A stretch of DNA of 61,445 bases from an uncultured Candidatus Saccharibacteria bacterium (GCA_964452185.1 CAYVKO010000002.1:1-61445), one strand, 5' to 3'; shown: positions 46,742 through 56,701, numbered from the stretch's first letter. Translations and numbers: made by a program. The notes: generated by a model from the letters alone, not told the origin.

Positions 46742-47026
46742 ATGTCTGAAGATACAACGGATAACCAAAAGAAACAAAAAGAACTGCGCACAAAAGCTTT
46801 TTGGATTGCATTTGAAATGATTTTTGTGTTCGGTGTGCCAGCTGCGTTAGCAATGTTGGTAGGCGAGTGGTTAACAGAAGAGAGAGGTATGGAAGATTGG
46901 GTGACATATGCACTCTTGGCTTTGGCTTTTGTGTCTTCTTGGGTGATTGTGTACTACCGGGTACGATGGCTGGCACAAGAAATGGATAAGGCCAGTAAAG
47001 AAAACGAAGATAATGAGGAGATGTAA
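46742..47026 (+). CDS. AtpI/AtpZ-like small membrane protein at head of atp operon
   Basis: The ATG at 46742 is preferred over the TTG at 46694. It has two TM helices and lies immediately upstream of atpB. Confidence 0.5.
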   Translation: MSEDTTDNQKKQKELRTKAFWIAFEMIFVFGVPAALAMLVGEWLTEERGMEDWVTYALLALAFVSSWVIVYYRVRWLAQEMDKASKENEDNEEM

Positions 47027-47028
47027 TC

Positions 47029-47847
47029 ATGCTTGATTTCTTACGGATACAACGTGAATCAGTTGACGTTGCACCCCCTGTGCTTGAACAAATTGGCAAC
47101 ATCCCTGTTACCAACACACTTGTTACAGCTGGTTTAGTCACGGTGTTGATTTTTCTGTTTGGTCTGTATGCAAAAAACAAGTTTCGCATGATACCGGGTC
47201 CTGTGCAGAATGCGTTCGGGGCATTATATGAAGCAATGCTGACGCTAATTGAGCAGATCACCACCGAGAAATCTTTGGCTCGAGAGATATTTCCAATAGT
47301 AGGTGCTCTCTTTGTCTACATTGGTTTAGTAAACGTTCTTCCGCTCATTCCTGGAGTTAAGAGTATTACAGTAGCGGGGGAGTCACTGTTCCGTACACCA
47401 ACCTCAGATATTAATCTACCTTTAGCTTTGGCTGCAGCGATGTTGATTTTGGTTCAGGTGCGAGCCACAGCAGAGGTTGGGGTTCTGTCTTATTTGGGAC
47501 GGTTCTTTAAGTTCAAAGAGTTGGTCGCTGGCTTTCGTTCAGGTCTGAAGGATGGGCTTTTGGCTTTAGTGGAATTCTTTGTCGGGTTGTTAGATATTAT
47601 TGCTGAGTTTGCCAAAGTGATTTCACTTTCCTTCCGATTGTTTGGTAACATGTTTGCGGGAGAACTTTTAGCCGTGCTCATTCTCGGTGCCATCGCATAT
47701 GGGCTGCCGGCTATATGGCTCTCCTTAAATCTCTTATTTGCAGTTGTGCATGCACTTGTCTTTGGCGCACTTGTGGCCGGATACTACACGCTTGCAGTCC
47801 GACCCGAAGGTGATCCGACAGAACCAGAAGAGGGAGTGGAAGGATAA
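47029..47847 (+). CDS. atpB: F-type ATP synthase Fo subunit a
   Basis: Polytopic protein with the essential Arg motif SFRLFGNMFAGE. Confidence 0.9.
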   Translation: MLDFLRIQRESVDVAPPVLEQIGNIPVTNTLVTAGLVTVLIFLFGLYAKNKFRMIPGPVQNAFGALYEAMLTLIEQITTEKSLAREIFPIVGALFVYIGLVNVLPLIPGVKSITVAGESLFRTPTSDINLPLALAAAMLILVQVRATAEVGVLSYLGRFFKFKELVAGFRSGLKDGLLALVEFFVGLLDIIAEFAKVISLSFRLFGNMFAGELLAVLILGAIAYGLPAIWLSLNLLFAVVHALVFGALVAGYYTLAVRPEGDPTEPEEGVEG

Positions 47848-47885
47848 GAGTTACTACTTACTTACACGTTAATCTATAAATTTCA

Positions 47886-48101
47886 ATGGAAGCAGAAGCA
47901 GCACGTTTAATAGGAAAAGGAATTTCAACTATTGCCATGCTTGGTGCAGGTATCGGCGAAGGATACCTTATTGGTAAAGCACTTGAAGCAATGGGGCGTA
48001 ACCCAGAAATGTCCGGAGAGTTATTTACTCGGATGATTATTGGTGTCGCCTTGGCTGAATCAACCGCCATTTACGCACTGGTCTTGTTCTTCCTTATTTA
48101 A
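47886..48101 (+). CDS. atpE: F-type ATP synthase Fo subunit c (Na+-binding-type signature)
   Basis: 71-aa helical hairpin: GAGIGEGYLIGKALEAMGRNPE loop ... GVALAESTAIYALV. Confidence 0.92.
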   Translation: MEAEAARLIGKGISTIAMLGAGIGEGYLIGKALEAMGRNPEMSGELFTRMIIGVALAESTAIYALVLFFLI

Positions 48102-48125
48102 TAACAGTAGCTTTCTTACTGTTAT
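48101..48125 (+). promoter_or_regulatory. intra-operon hairpin just after atpE stop
   Basis: A perfect 9-bp AT-rich stem ATAACAGTA/TACTGTTAT with a 7-nt loop and no T tract. It is a possible attenuator or mRNA-stability element. Confidence 0.3.
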
Positions 48126-48182
48126 TGTCTCACAAGAGATTTCTTATGAGGTATAGGCGTTATCTTTAGGGTCAGTTATAGA

Positions 48183-48692
48183 ATGGATATCTTAAACTCA
48201 CTACAATCAATTGGTTTCGACTGGCAGCTTGCACTAGCTCATCTAGTAAACTTCCTGATAGTGGTTTGGTTGTTGAACTATTTTGTTTTTGGCCCAATGC
48301 GGGAGCGCCTGTCAGAGCGAAGAGAAACTATAGAGAAAGGCGTTGCTGATGCTCGTGAGGCTGAAAAAGAAAGATCGGCGATAAAAGAAAAGCGGCAAGA
48401 TATGCTTGAGGAGGCAAAGCAGCAGAAACAGGCTATACTTTCAGAGGCGCGAGATACAGCTGAGAAGATTGAAAAGAGAGCAAAAAACCAAGCTCAGGAA
48501 GAAGCGGAAGAGATCGTACAGCGAGGACGAAAGCAGATTGAGCGAGAACGAGCTGAAATGCGAGAAGAATTGAAGGGCAAAATTGGTGGCTTAGCTGTGC
48601 AGGCAGCAGAAAGAATAGTTGAGCGAGAAATTACAGATGAAGATCACGATGCATTGGTTTCAGAGGTAATAAAGTCAAGAGACAATGGTTAA
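48183..48692 (+). CDS. atpF: F-type ATP synthase Fo subunit b
   Basis: Single N-terminal TM helix followed by a long charged helix, in the expected operon position. Confidence 0.85.
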   Translation: MDILNSLQSIGFDWQLALAHLVNFLIVVWLLNYFVFGPMRERLSERRETIEKGVADAREAEKERSAIKEKRQDMLEEAKQQKQAILSEARDTAEKIEKRAKNQAQEEAEEIVQRGRKQIERERAEMREELKGKIGGLAVQAAERIVEREITDEDHDALVSEVIKSRDNG

Positions 48693-49068
48693 GGCTGACA
48701 CAATGGCAGACGCTTTGTCTCGCTGGTGTGAGAAACGAGGAACAGAAACCGGTGTTAAAGAGTTTGTTGGGTATCTTAAAAAGCACAAGAATACTCATAT
48801 TCTTCCGGCTGTTTTGAAAATTTTTAAGGAACGAACCCGTCAGAAAAAACGACGGAACACTTTGCAAATAGCAACAGGAAGACGACTTACGGATGAGCAA
48901 ATAAACAGCTTGCGCACTGCCTTAAACGCCCCGGATGATACACCAACCAAAACAACGAAAGACTCAAGCTTGATTGGAGGAGTGGCATGTGAGTATGCCG
49001 ACAAGCGTATCGAGCTGACTGTTCGCAGCCAACTAAAAAAGTTAGCTCGAAGTTTAAACATCAATTAA
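48685..49068 (+). CDS. atpH: F-type ATP synthase subunit delta (OSCP), short form
   Basis: Operon position, plus the C-terminal OSCP-like motif SSLIGGVACEYADKRIELTVRSQLKKL. It is only 127 aa. Confidence 0.7.
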   Translation: MVKADTMADALSRWCEKRGTETGVKEFVGYLKKHKNTHILPAVLKIFKERTRQKKRRNTLQIATGRRLTDEQINSLRTALNAPDDTPTKTTKDSSLIGGVACEYADKRIELTVRSQLKKLARSLNIN

Positions 49069-49088
49069 TAATCTGAATTTGCATATTT

Positions 49089-50612
49089 ATGGGTAACGTA
49101 GAAGAAATTACATCTGCACTCGAAAAAGAAATCAACGACCAAGACTTGGACGTAAGCACCGATGAGGTCGGGCATGTAGTTGAAGTAGCTGACGGCATTG
49201 CTCGCATTTCCGGGTTGGATGACTGTATGTCTCAAGAACAGTTGGAGTTTGAAAGTGGGGTAACCGGATTGGCTCTCAATCTCAACGACACAACGGTTGG
49301 TGCAATTGTGATAGGAGACTACAGCGATATAAGTGAAGGAGACACGGTAAAGCGTACTGGAGAAATCCTTTCAGTGCCGGTAGGTGAGGAGTTGGTTGGG
49401 CGAGTAGTTGACTCATTGGGTGAGTCAATTGATGACGGGAGTGATATTGAAACGGAAGATTTGTACCCGGTTGAGTCATCCGCTCCGGGCGTAATGGATC
49501 GCCAGCCGGTTGAAGAACCGTTGCACACCGGCATAAAGGCTATTGACGCTATGGTGCCGATTGGTCGTGGGCAGCGTGAGCTCATTGTTGGGGATCGTCA
49601 GACAGGCAAAACCACAGTAGCTGTTGACACAATCCTTAACCAAAAAGATTCTGATGTGTACTGTATTTATGTCGCTATTGGCCAGAAGCGCTCCAGCGTG
49701 GCTCGGCTGGTTGGTGAACTGGAGGATGAAGGGGCTATGGAGTACACAACCGTTGTGGCCGCAACGGCTTCCGACGGTGCTGCGCGCCAGTACATTGCAC
49801 CGTATGCCGCAACAGCCCAAGCTGAGTACTTAATGAACCAAGGTGAGGATGTACTTATCGTGTACGACGACCTGTCCAAGCATGCGGTTGCATACCGAGA
49901 GATTAGTCTGTTGCTTCGACGTCCGCCAGGCCGGCAGGCATACCCGGGGGATGTATTTTATCTACACTCTCGACTGCTAGAGCGCTCTGCTAAGCTTCAT
50001 GAAGACTTAGGAGGTGGCTCAATCACATCGCTTCCGATTATTGAAACAAAAGCCGGAAACGTATCCGCGTACATTCCGACAAATGTTATTTCTATTACTG
50101 ACGGACAGATTTATCTTGAATCAGAGCTGTTTAACAAAGGGGTTCGACCGGCGATAAATACCGGAAACTCTGTATCTCGTGTTGGTTCAGCTGCGCAGCT
50201 GCGTGGAATGAAAAAAGCTGCCGGTCAAGTACGCACACAAATGGCTCAATTCAGAGAACTTCAAGCCTTTACACAGTTCTCTTCTGACCTTGACGAGGAT
50301 ACAAAAAAACGCCTTGATAAAGGACTGCGCATTCGAGAAATACTTAAACAGCCGCAAAGCGAGCCGGTTGATATAGGCGTGCAGATAATACTCTTTTATG
50401 CTGTGCGAGAAGGGTACATAAGTGATGTGCCAGTCGAGGAGGTTAATAACTTAGAGACTGAACTGCGAGAACATCTCGAAGCTTCTCATGAAGATCTGCT
50501 TACCACTGTTACTGACAAATGGGATGACGAAGTGATAGAGGAGGTGGAAAAGGTATTAGAGTCGTTCATGGACATGCGCTCGACAGGTGACTCAAACGAG
50601 TCAGGTGAATAG
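49089..50612 (+). CDS. atpA: F-type ATP synthase subunit alpha
   Basis: Walker A GDRQTGKT, plus YDDLSKHAVAYREISLLLRRPPGR. Confidence 0.95.
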   Translation: MGNVEEITSALEKEINDQDLDVSTDEVGHVVEVADGIARISGLDDCMSQEQLEFESGVTGLALNLNDTTVGAIVIGDYSDISEGDTVKRTGEILSVPVGEELVGRVVDSLGESIDDGSDIETEDLYPVESSAPGVMDRQPVEEPLHTGIKAIDAMVPIGRGQRELIVGDRQTGKTTVAVDTILNQKDSDVYCIYVAIGQKRSSVARLVGELEDEGAMEYTTVVAATASDGAARQYIAPYAATAQAEYLMNQGEDVLIVYDDLSKHAVAYREISLLLRRPPGRQAYPGDVFYLHSRLLERSAKLHEDLGGGSITSLPIIETKAGNVSAYIPTNVISITDGQIYLESELFNKGVRPAINTGNSVSRVGSAAQLRGMKKAAGQVRTQMAQFRELQAFTQFSSDLDEDTKKRLDKGLRIREILKQPQSEPVDIGVQIILFYAVREGYISDVPVEEVNNLETELREHLEASHEDLLTTVTDKWDDEVIEEVEKVLESFMDMRSTGDSNESGE

Positions 50613-50635
50613 GAAGTTGAAATAGAAACAACAAT

Positions 50636-51541
50636 ATGTCTGCTTCAACAAAAGAAATAAAAGGAAAAATTGAATCAGTTGAGAACATTCAGCAAATCAC
50701 CCGCGCTATGCAGTTGATGTCTGTTTCGAAGATGCGTCGGGCGTCAGATCGAGTGGCTTCAACTCGACGCTATGCTGACAGAGCTCGTGAGATTTTAGAG
50801 AATGTTGCGGAAGATCAAGCATTGGAGCACCCGCTTATGAACTACGGTGATGGCGACGCAGCGCTGGCGGTAGTGGTGGCATCCGACAAAGGTCTTTGCG
50901 GTAACTTTAATGCAAAGGTAAGAAAGCGGTTAAAGATGTTTGTGGAGTCAACTGGCGAATCCCCTATAGATGTTGTAGCTGTTGGTGATCATGCTGTTCG
51001 CAGTGCTGACATACTGGAATGTGATGTGGTTGGAAGCTTTAACGAATTTAATGAGTACGTTTCTATAGCTGATGTTGGAGGTATATTTGAGTTGATTCAG
51101 GAAGAATTTCACAGCGGAGAGTACAACAGAGTAGTGGTCATTTACTCACACTACGAGAGCGCACTTGAGTTTACACCGTTGGTTCGTCAGTTACTGCCGG
51201 TAGACCCAGACAGTATGGGAGACACGCTGGATGAGGCATCTGAAGCTTCCGAAGAAGAGAAGATAACCAAAGAGACCATGGCTCGGTATCTTTTCGAGCC
51301 GTCAGAGTCCGCGGTGGTATCAGCGTTACTACCACGGCTTTCACGAGTCCGTCTGTTTCAGGCGCTGATGGAGTCACAGGCGTCCGAGCATTCGGCTCGT
51401 ATGTTTGCTATGAAGAACGCGACTGAGAACGCTGAAGAGGTGGCCGAGGAGCTTGAAGTGAGTTATAATCGAGCACGTCAGGATGCTATTACACAGGAGA
51501 TTTCGGAGATAAGTGCCGGTGCTAATGCACTAAATGATTAG
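50636..51541 (+). CDS. atpG: F-type ATP synthase subunit gamma
   Basis: N-terminal KEIKGKIESVENIQQITRAMQLMSVSKM and C-terminal ITQEISEISAGANAL. Confidence 0.92.
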   Translation: MSASTKEIKGKIESVENIQQITRAMQLMSVSKMRRASDRVASTRRYADRAREILENVAEDQALEHPLMNYGDGDAALAVVVASDKGLCGNFNAKVRKRLKMFVESTGESPIDVVAVGDHAVRSADILECDVVGSFNEFNEYVSIADVGGIFELIQEEFHSGEYNRVVVIYSHYESALEFTPLVRQLLPVDPDSMGDTLDEASEASEEEKITKETMARYLFEPSESAVVSALLPRLSRVRLFQALMESQASEHSARMFAMKNATENAEEVAEELEVSYNRARQDAITQEISEISAGANALND

Positions 51542-51578
51542 TGCATTTTTTATTGAAATAACGATTTATAAAAGCTAA

Positions 51579-53014
<1,436 letters not shown>

Positions 53015-53015
<1 letters not shown>

Positions 53016-53446
53016 TGAACACGTTCCCGCTTCGTATTGTGTCTCCTACCGGTATTGAGTTTGAAACCGAGGAGGCCAGAAAAGTAAACGCTCGAACAAA
53101 AGCCGGGGAGATTACGATCCTGGCAAAGCATACTCCTATTGTGTCGGTGCTTGATATCGGTCAGCTTATTGTGCATACGGCTGATGAGGAAGTTCGATCA
53201 GCTGTATTTGGTGGTTTTATTGAGGTTCGAGAGAGCGGAGAGGTTATAGTCTTGGCGGACGAAGCTGAGTCGGCCGCAGAAGTAGACTTGGCTGCAGCAC
53301 AAAAGGCTCGAGAAGAAAAACAGAAGATACTTAAAGAAACCTCAGGAGAGGATAAAGAGGCTGAACTCCATACACAGCTCGCCCAAGAGACCACTCGAGT
53401 TAAGGTTGGCGGGTGGTATCAGGACGAAAAGGAGGGTAGAGAATAA
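53015..53446 (+). CDS. atpC: F-type ATP synthase subunit epsilon
   Basis: TAATG overlap with atpD. It has an N-terminal beta-sandwich pattern and a C-terminal helical hairpin. Confidence 0.88.
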
Positions 53447-53905
53447 CTATCCTAGTTCTTTTTTGATTTTTTCCAGTATGTCCGTCGGGTGAGCCTTGAT
53501 GTGGTTTCCGTTAATTTCTCCGATAATCGTATCTTGAATAGGTGTAGGAAGATGTTCTTTGGTGCTTGGCTTATCTTGTGGTGGTGACAAGAGAACAGTG
53601 GCTTCCACACTATGTTCTTTGTGTATATTTTTGAGCTTTTCTTCCAGCTGGTTGTGAAATTCATTTTTTACTTTTACGTCAACACTTTCATTTTCAAGTA
53701 CAGATCCGGAACCGAGTGTCTTTCCGCTTGATCGTCTTTCAAAGTGTCCTTCACGATCTGAGTAGGAGGGATTTTCAACGCGTATTTTGTCTACCTCTTC
53801 AATTGATCCGTCAGAAGCCATGTACATGTTGGCAGATTGACTGCCGGCTACGAGGATTAAGGTGGATTCGGTATCAAATTGCGGAAGATCCTGAGGTATT
53901 TGCAT
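53447..53905 (-). CDS. host-attachment-protein-like / eRF1-fold (baeRF-like) protein, tentative
   Basis: 152 aa. The pattern LILVAGSQSANMY ... SDREGHFERRSSG ... F.NQLEEKL ... TVLLSPP ... IIGEINGNHIKAHP.DILEKI resembles the Host_attach family as I remember it. This has not been verified. Confidence 0.35.
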   Translation of the reverse strand: MQIPQDLPQFDTESTLILVAGSQSANMYMASDGSIEEVDKIRVENPSYSDREGHFERRSSGKTLGSGSVLENESVDVKVKNEFHNQLEEKLKNIHKEHSVEATVLLSPPQDKPSTKEHLPTPIQDTIIGEINGNHIKAHPTDILEKIKKELG

Positions 53906-53917
53906 AATTTGATGTGG

Positions 53918-54355
53918 TTAGTTGGTTTTAGACAATTCGGCGGTGCAGTGTGGGCAGCGGGTTGCTTCTGGGGCAATGCCTTCTTGGCAATATGGACACA
54001 TGCGTGCAGCGGGCTCTTCTTTCTTGCGGGCGTCACCTTCTGTTCGCTTTAGGGAGTTGATATATCGGACAGCCACGAACACCGCCAGCGCAATAATAAC
54101 AAACTCTACAATTGCACTAACAAAACTCCCGTAATTTAGCGTAACTGCCTCAGCATTGTCGGTGGCTGATTTGAGAACAAGTTCCCACTCGGTGAAATCA
54201 ACGTTGCCCACCAGAAGGGAAAGCGGTGGCATAAGTATGTCATCTACCAAAGAAGTGGTTATAGCACCAAAACCAGCACCGATAATGACACCGACGGCCA
54301 GATCAATAGCGTTACCTCGAACAGCAAACTCTTTAAACTCTTTAATGAATTTCAT
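53918..54355 (-). CDS. mscL: large-conductance mechanosensitive channel MscL with C-terminal CxxC...CxxC zinc-ribbon-like tail
   Basis: N-terminus MKFIKEFKEFAVRGNAIDLAVGVIIGAGFGAITTSLVDDILMPPL is classic MscL. The C-terminus reads MCPYCQEGIAPEATRCPHCTAEL. Confidence 0.88.
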   Translation of the reverse strand: MKFIKEFKEFAVRGNAIDLAVGVIIGAGFGAITTSLVDDILMPPLSLLVGNVDFTEWELVLKSATDNAEAVTLNYGSFVSAIVEFVIIALAVFVAVRYINSLKRTEGDARKKEEPAARMCPYCQEGIAPEATRCPHCTAELSKTN

Positions 54356-54399
54356 ATTTGTGACTTGTATTATACACCAGCCCGAAAAAGCAAAAGACT

Positions 54400-54789
54400 C
54401 TATTCTTCAGAAGAAAAGCCTAAGGCACATGAGTTAATACAGTAGCGCTTGCCGGTTGGTTCAGGGCCATCATCAAAAACATGACCAAGATGAGCACCAC
54501 ACTTCCCGCATAATACTTCAGTCCGCTCCATGCCGGCAGAATGATCCGGTTGAAGTTCTATACTTTCATCTTTCAGAGCTTGAAAGAAACTCGGCCATCC
54601 GGAACCGGATTCGAACTTTGTTTCAGAAGAGAAAAGCGGCTGGTCGCAGACGACACAGTGATACATCCCGTCTCGTTTTTCGTCTAGCAGGTCGCCAGAG
54701 AAGGGAGGTTCAGTTTCAGCATTTTGCGTCACGCTTTTTTGAAGGTCGGAAAGAGATTTTAGATCCCCAGAATTGTTGTTATTTGACAT
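54400..54789 (-). CDS. msrB: peptide-methionine (R)-S-oxide reductase
   Basis: Zinc CxxC pairs ([20 protein letters not shown]), GWPSF, and the catalytic RYCINS. Confidence 0.92.
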   Translation of the reverse strand: MSNNNNSGDLKSLSDLQKSVTQNAETEPPFSGDLLDEKRDGMYHCVVCDQPLFSSETKFESGSGWPSFFQALKDESIELQPDHSAGMERTEVLCGKCGAHLGHVFDDGPEPTGKRYCINSCALGFSSEE

Positions 54790-54878
54790 GATTTAAATAA
54801 TTAATTACTCTTAAATTAGATTAAGATAGTTTCTTATCGCCATCTTTCCATCTTTAATGACACTACGAGGTGTTTTTT

Positions 54879-55115
54879 ATGCTGCACGATATATTGTCTG
54901 TTTTATACGATACACTATTATCCGGTGTGTCCACATGGGAGTGGGTTGCCTTCTTCGCGTTCTGGCTGTCTTTAGGGGCTATTATCGCGATGATTGTTCA
55001 CGGAGGTAGTCGTAAGCCAACACCTCCTCCGGAATTTGATCGAATGCGCCCTCCTCCTCCTTCTTCTTCTCAAGACAACCAGGATCAAGACTTTCCACCT
55101 CGCCGAGCACTTTAG
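54879..55115 (+). CDS. small single-pass membrane protein, paralog A (GGxRKPTPxPE juxtamembrane motif, Pro-rich tail)
   Basis: The ATG at 54879 sits 7 nt after GAGGTG and is preferred over the GTG at 54870. A TM helix is followed by HGGSRKPTPPPE. Confidence 0.55.
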   Translation: MLHDILSVLYDTLLSGVSTWEWVAFFAFWLSLGAIIAMIVHGGSRKPTPPPEFDRMRPPPPSSSQDNQDQDFPPRRAL

Positions 55116-55144
55116 TAGTTTCATTCTTCATTAAACTTTTCACT

Positions 55145-55180
55145 AGCCCAGATCGTGTCATGCGAGCTGGGCTTAATTTC
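55145..55180 (+). terminator. terminator-like hairpin, copy A of a repeated element
   Basis: AGCCCAGATCG-tgtcatg-CGAGCTGGGCT (11-bp stem with 1 mismatch) followed by TAATTTC. Confidence 0.55.
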
Positions 55181-55200
55181 TACCCCCAGACTATCCTTAT

Positions 55201-55229
55201 TTGACAAGTTATTTATAATTAATTATCAT
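55201..55229 (+). promoter_or_regulatory. candidate sigma-70 promoter for paralog B
   Basis: -35 TTGACA (55201-55206), a 17-nt spacer, then -10 TATCAT (55224-55229). Confidence 0.45.
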
Positions 55230-55279
55230 TAAAAGTAGATAAAACTGGTTTTTTACTATTATACGAGAGGTGTCTTGCC

Positions 55280-55564
55280 ATGTTTTTTACTGTTGACATT
55301 TTTCGGTTTCTCGGAAGTCAGATTATGGAGTTTTTTGGATTGGGTTTATCCGGAACTATTATTGTCATAACCCTCTGGCTTTTTGTTGGCTTTATGGGTT
55401 ATGCTATAGTGGCCGGAGGAAATCGAAAGCCAACCCCGCATCCGGAGAATCTTTCGGTCGACGTGCTTCGCCCTCAAGAAGATGGATCAGCCGAAAAAGC
55501 CTCTTCGAGTATTCATTCTCGACAACGCTCCCGCAGAACACGTGACACTAGCTTGTCTCGCTAA
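55280..55564 (+). CDS. small single-pass membrane protein, paralog B (GGxRKPTPxPE motif, basic tail)
   Basis: The ATG is preceded by GAGAGGTG. A TM helix is followed by AGGNRKPTPHPE. Confidence 0.55.
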   Translation: MFFTVDIFRFLGSQIMEFFGLGLSGTIIVITLWLFVGFMGYAIVAGGNRKPTPHPENLSVDVLRPQEDGSAEKASSSIHSRQRSRRTRDTSLSR

Positions 55565-55587
55565 ACCTTTCACCTATAACTATCATC

Positions 55588-55625
55588 AGCCCAGATCGTG
55601 TCATACGATCTGGGCTCAATTTTAT
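55588..55625 (+). terminator. terminator-like hairpin, copy B of the repeated element
   Basis: A perfect 11-bp stem AGCCCAGATCG/CGATCTGGGCT with a 7-nt loop is followed by CAATTTTAT. It lies between convergent genes. Confidence 0.6.
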
Positions 55626-55638
55626 CTGAATGAAAAAA

Positions 55639-56520
55639 TCACGAAAGCCTTTTCTTATCATCCAGGTTGCTGAACTCTATTGTGCGGATAGGGAACGGAA
55701 TAGAGATATCTTCTTCGTTGAATTTAGCCTTAATTGCAGTAATGATTTTACTACGGGCTTTCAGGAAGTCAGCTTGTTTGTTGGTGAAGTTGATCCAGAC
55801 ACGAAGCGTGAAGTTGATGGAACTTTGCCCGAACTCATTGTAATAAACCTCAATAGGTCTGGTGGATTTTATAAAGTTGAGTCCGGATACAGCTTCTTTT
55901 GCGATATTAGCAATTTTTTCAAGATCACCTTTGTAAGATACACCACAACCAATGTCTATTTGTCGTTCTCCCATTTCGGAGTAGTTTGTAATGTTTTCCT
56001 CAAAGGCTTCTTTGTTGGGAACGTAAACTACTTGTCCTTGTAGCGTGCGGATTTTTGTTGCTCGCAGATCAATGTGAGCTACAGTACCGAAGTTGTCACC
56101 AATTTCTACAAGATCATTTTCTTTAAAAGGTTTGCGGAAGATTAATATGGCTCCGGATACCAGGTTCGCTACAATGTCTTGAAGTGCAAAGCCGAGCACT
56201 ATACCGATTACACCGGCGCTGGCTAAGGTAGTCGTTACTGTTTTTTGCAGACCCAGTACTCCAAGCGCTACAATAAATCCGCTCAAAACTACCACTACTT
56301 TCACAATTTTACCTAAGAGAACTCGCAGTGATCGGGGTGCTTGTGATCGTTTTGCGGCACGATCTACAACTACCTCTATGATGCGGCCGGCTATATAAAA
56401 AACAGCCAGGGCAAGGATAGCCGCTGCTATATTTGGAAGATTAAAAAAGAATGATTCAATCCAGCCGTTAATCTTTTCTTCAACTAAAGACCACACTTCA
56501 CCAACTCTAAATATATCCAT
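55639..56520 (-). CDS. MscS-family small-conductance mechanosensitive channel
   Basis: Three TM helices, then PFKENDLVEIGDNFGTVAHIDLRATKIRTLQGQVVYVPNKEAF..NITNYS. Confidence 0.85.
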   Translation of the reverse strand: MDIFRVGEVWSLVEEKINGWIESFFFNLPNIAAAILALAVFYIAGRIIEVVVDRAAKRSQAPRSLRVLLGKIVKVVVVLSGFIVALGVLGLQKTVTTTLASAGVIGIVLGFALQDIVANLVSGAILIFRKPFKENDLVEIGDNFGTVAHIDLRATKIRTLQGQVVYVPNKEAFEENITNYSEMGERQIDIGCGVSYKGDLEKIANIAKEAVSGLNFIKSTRPIEVYYNEFGQSSINFTLRVWINFTNKQADFLKARSKIITAIKAKFNEEDISIPFPIRTIEFSNLDDKKRLS

Positions 56521-56701
56521 TGCAAGTACGTATTTATATTGATAACTTTAGGTAGTTTTCAACCCTTACTTTACCATATGAGTATACGTTTTTGCTTGTG
56601 TAGAACTATGATTTTTGTTGATTTGCACCCTGCCTGGGTGTGTTATTATTAACAGCAGGAAGTCGTGCAGGTGGCATTATTAGATAATAGATAATTTACA
56701 T

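Noticed and set aside
46740-47264. A 174-aa minus-strand ORF spans the atpI-like and atpB genes.
   Set aside because: It is antisense to a conserved operon with clear homology on the plus strand, and it has no motifs.
55630-56043. A 137-aa plus-strand ORF lies antisense to the MscS-family gene.
   Set aside because: The minus-strand frame carries the MscS signature. The plus-strand product has no features and would start inside the terminator hairpin.
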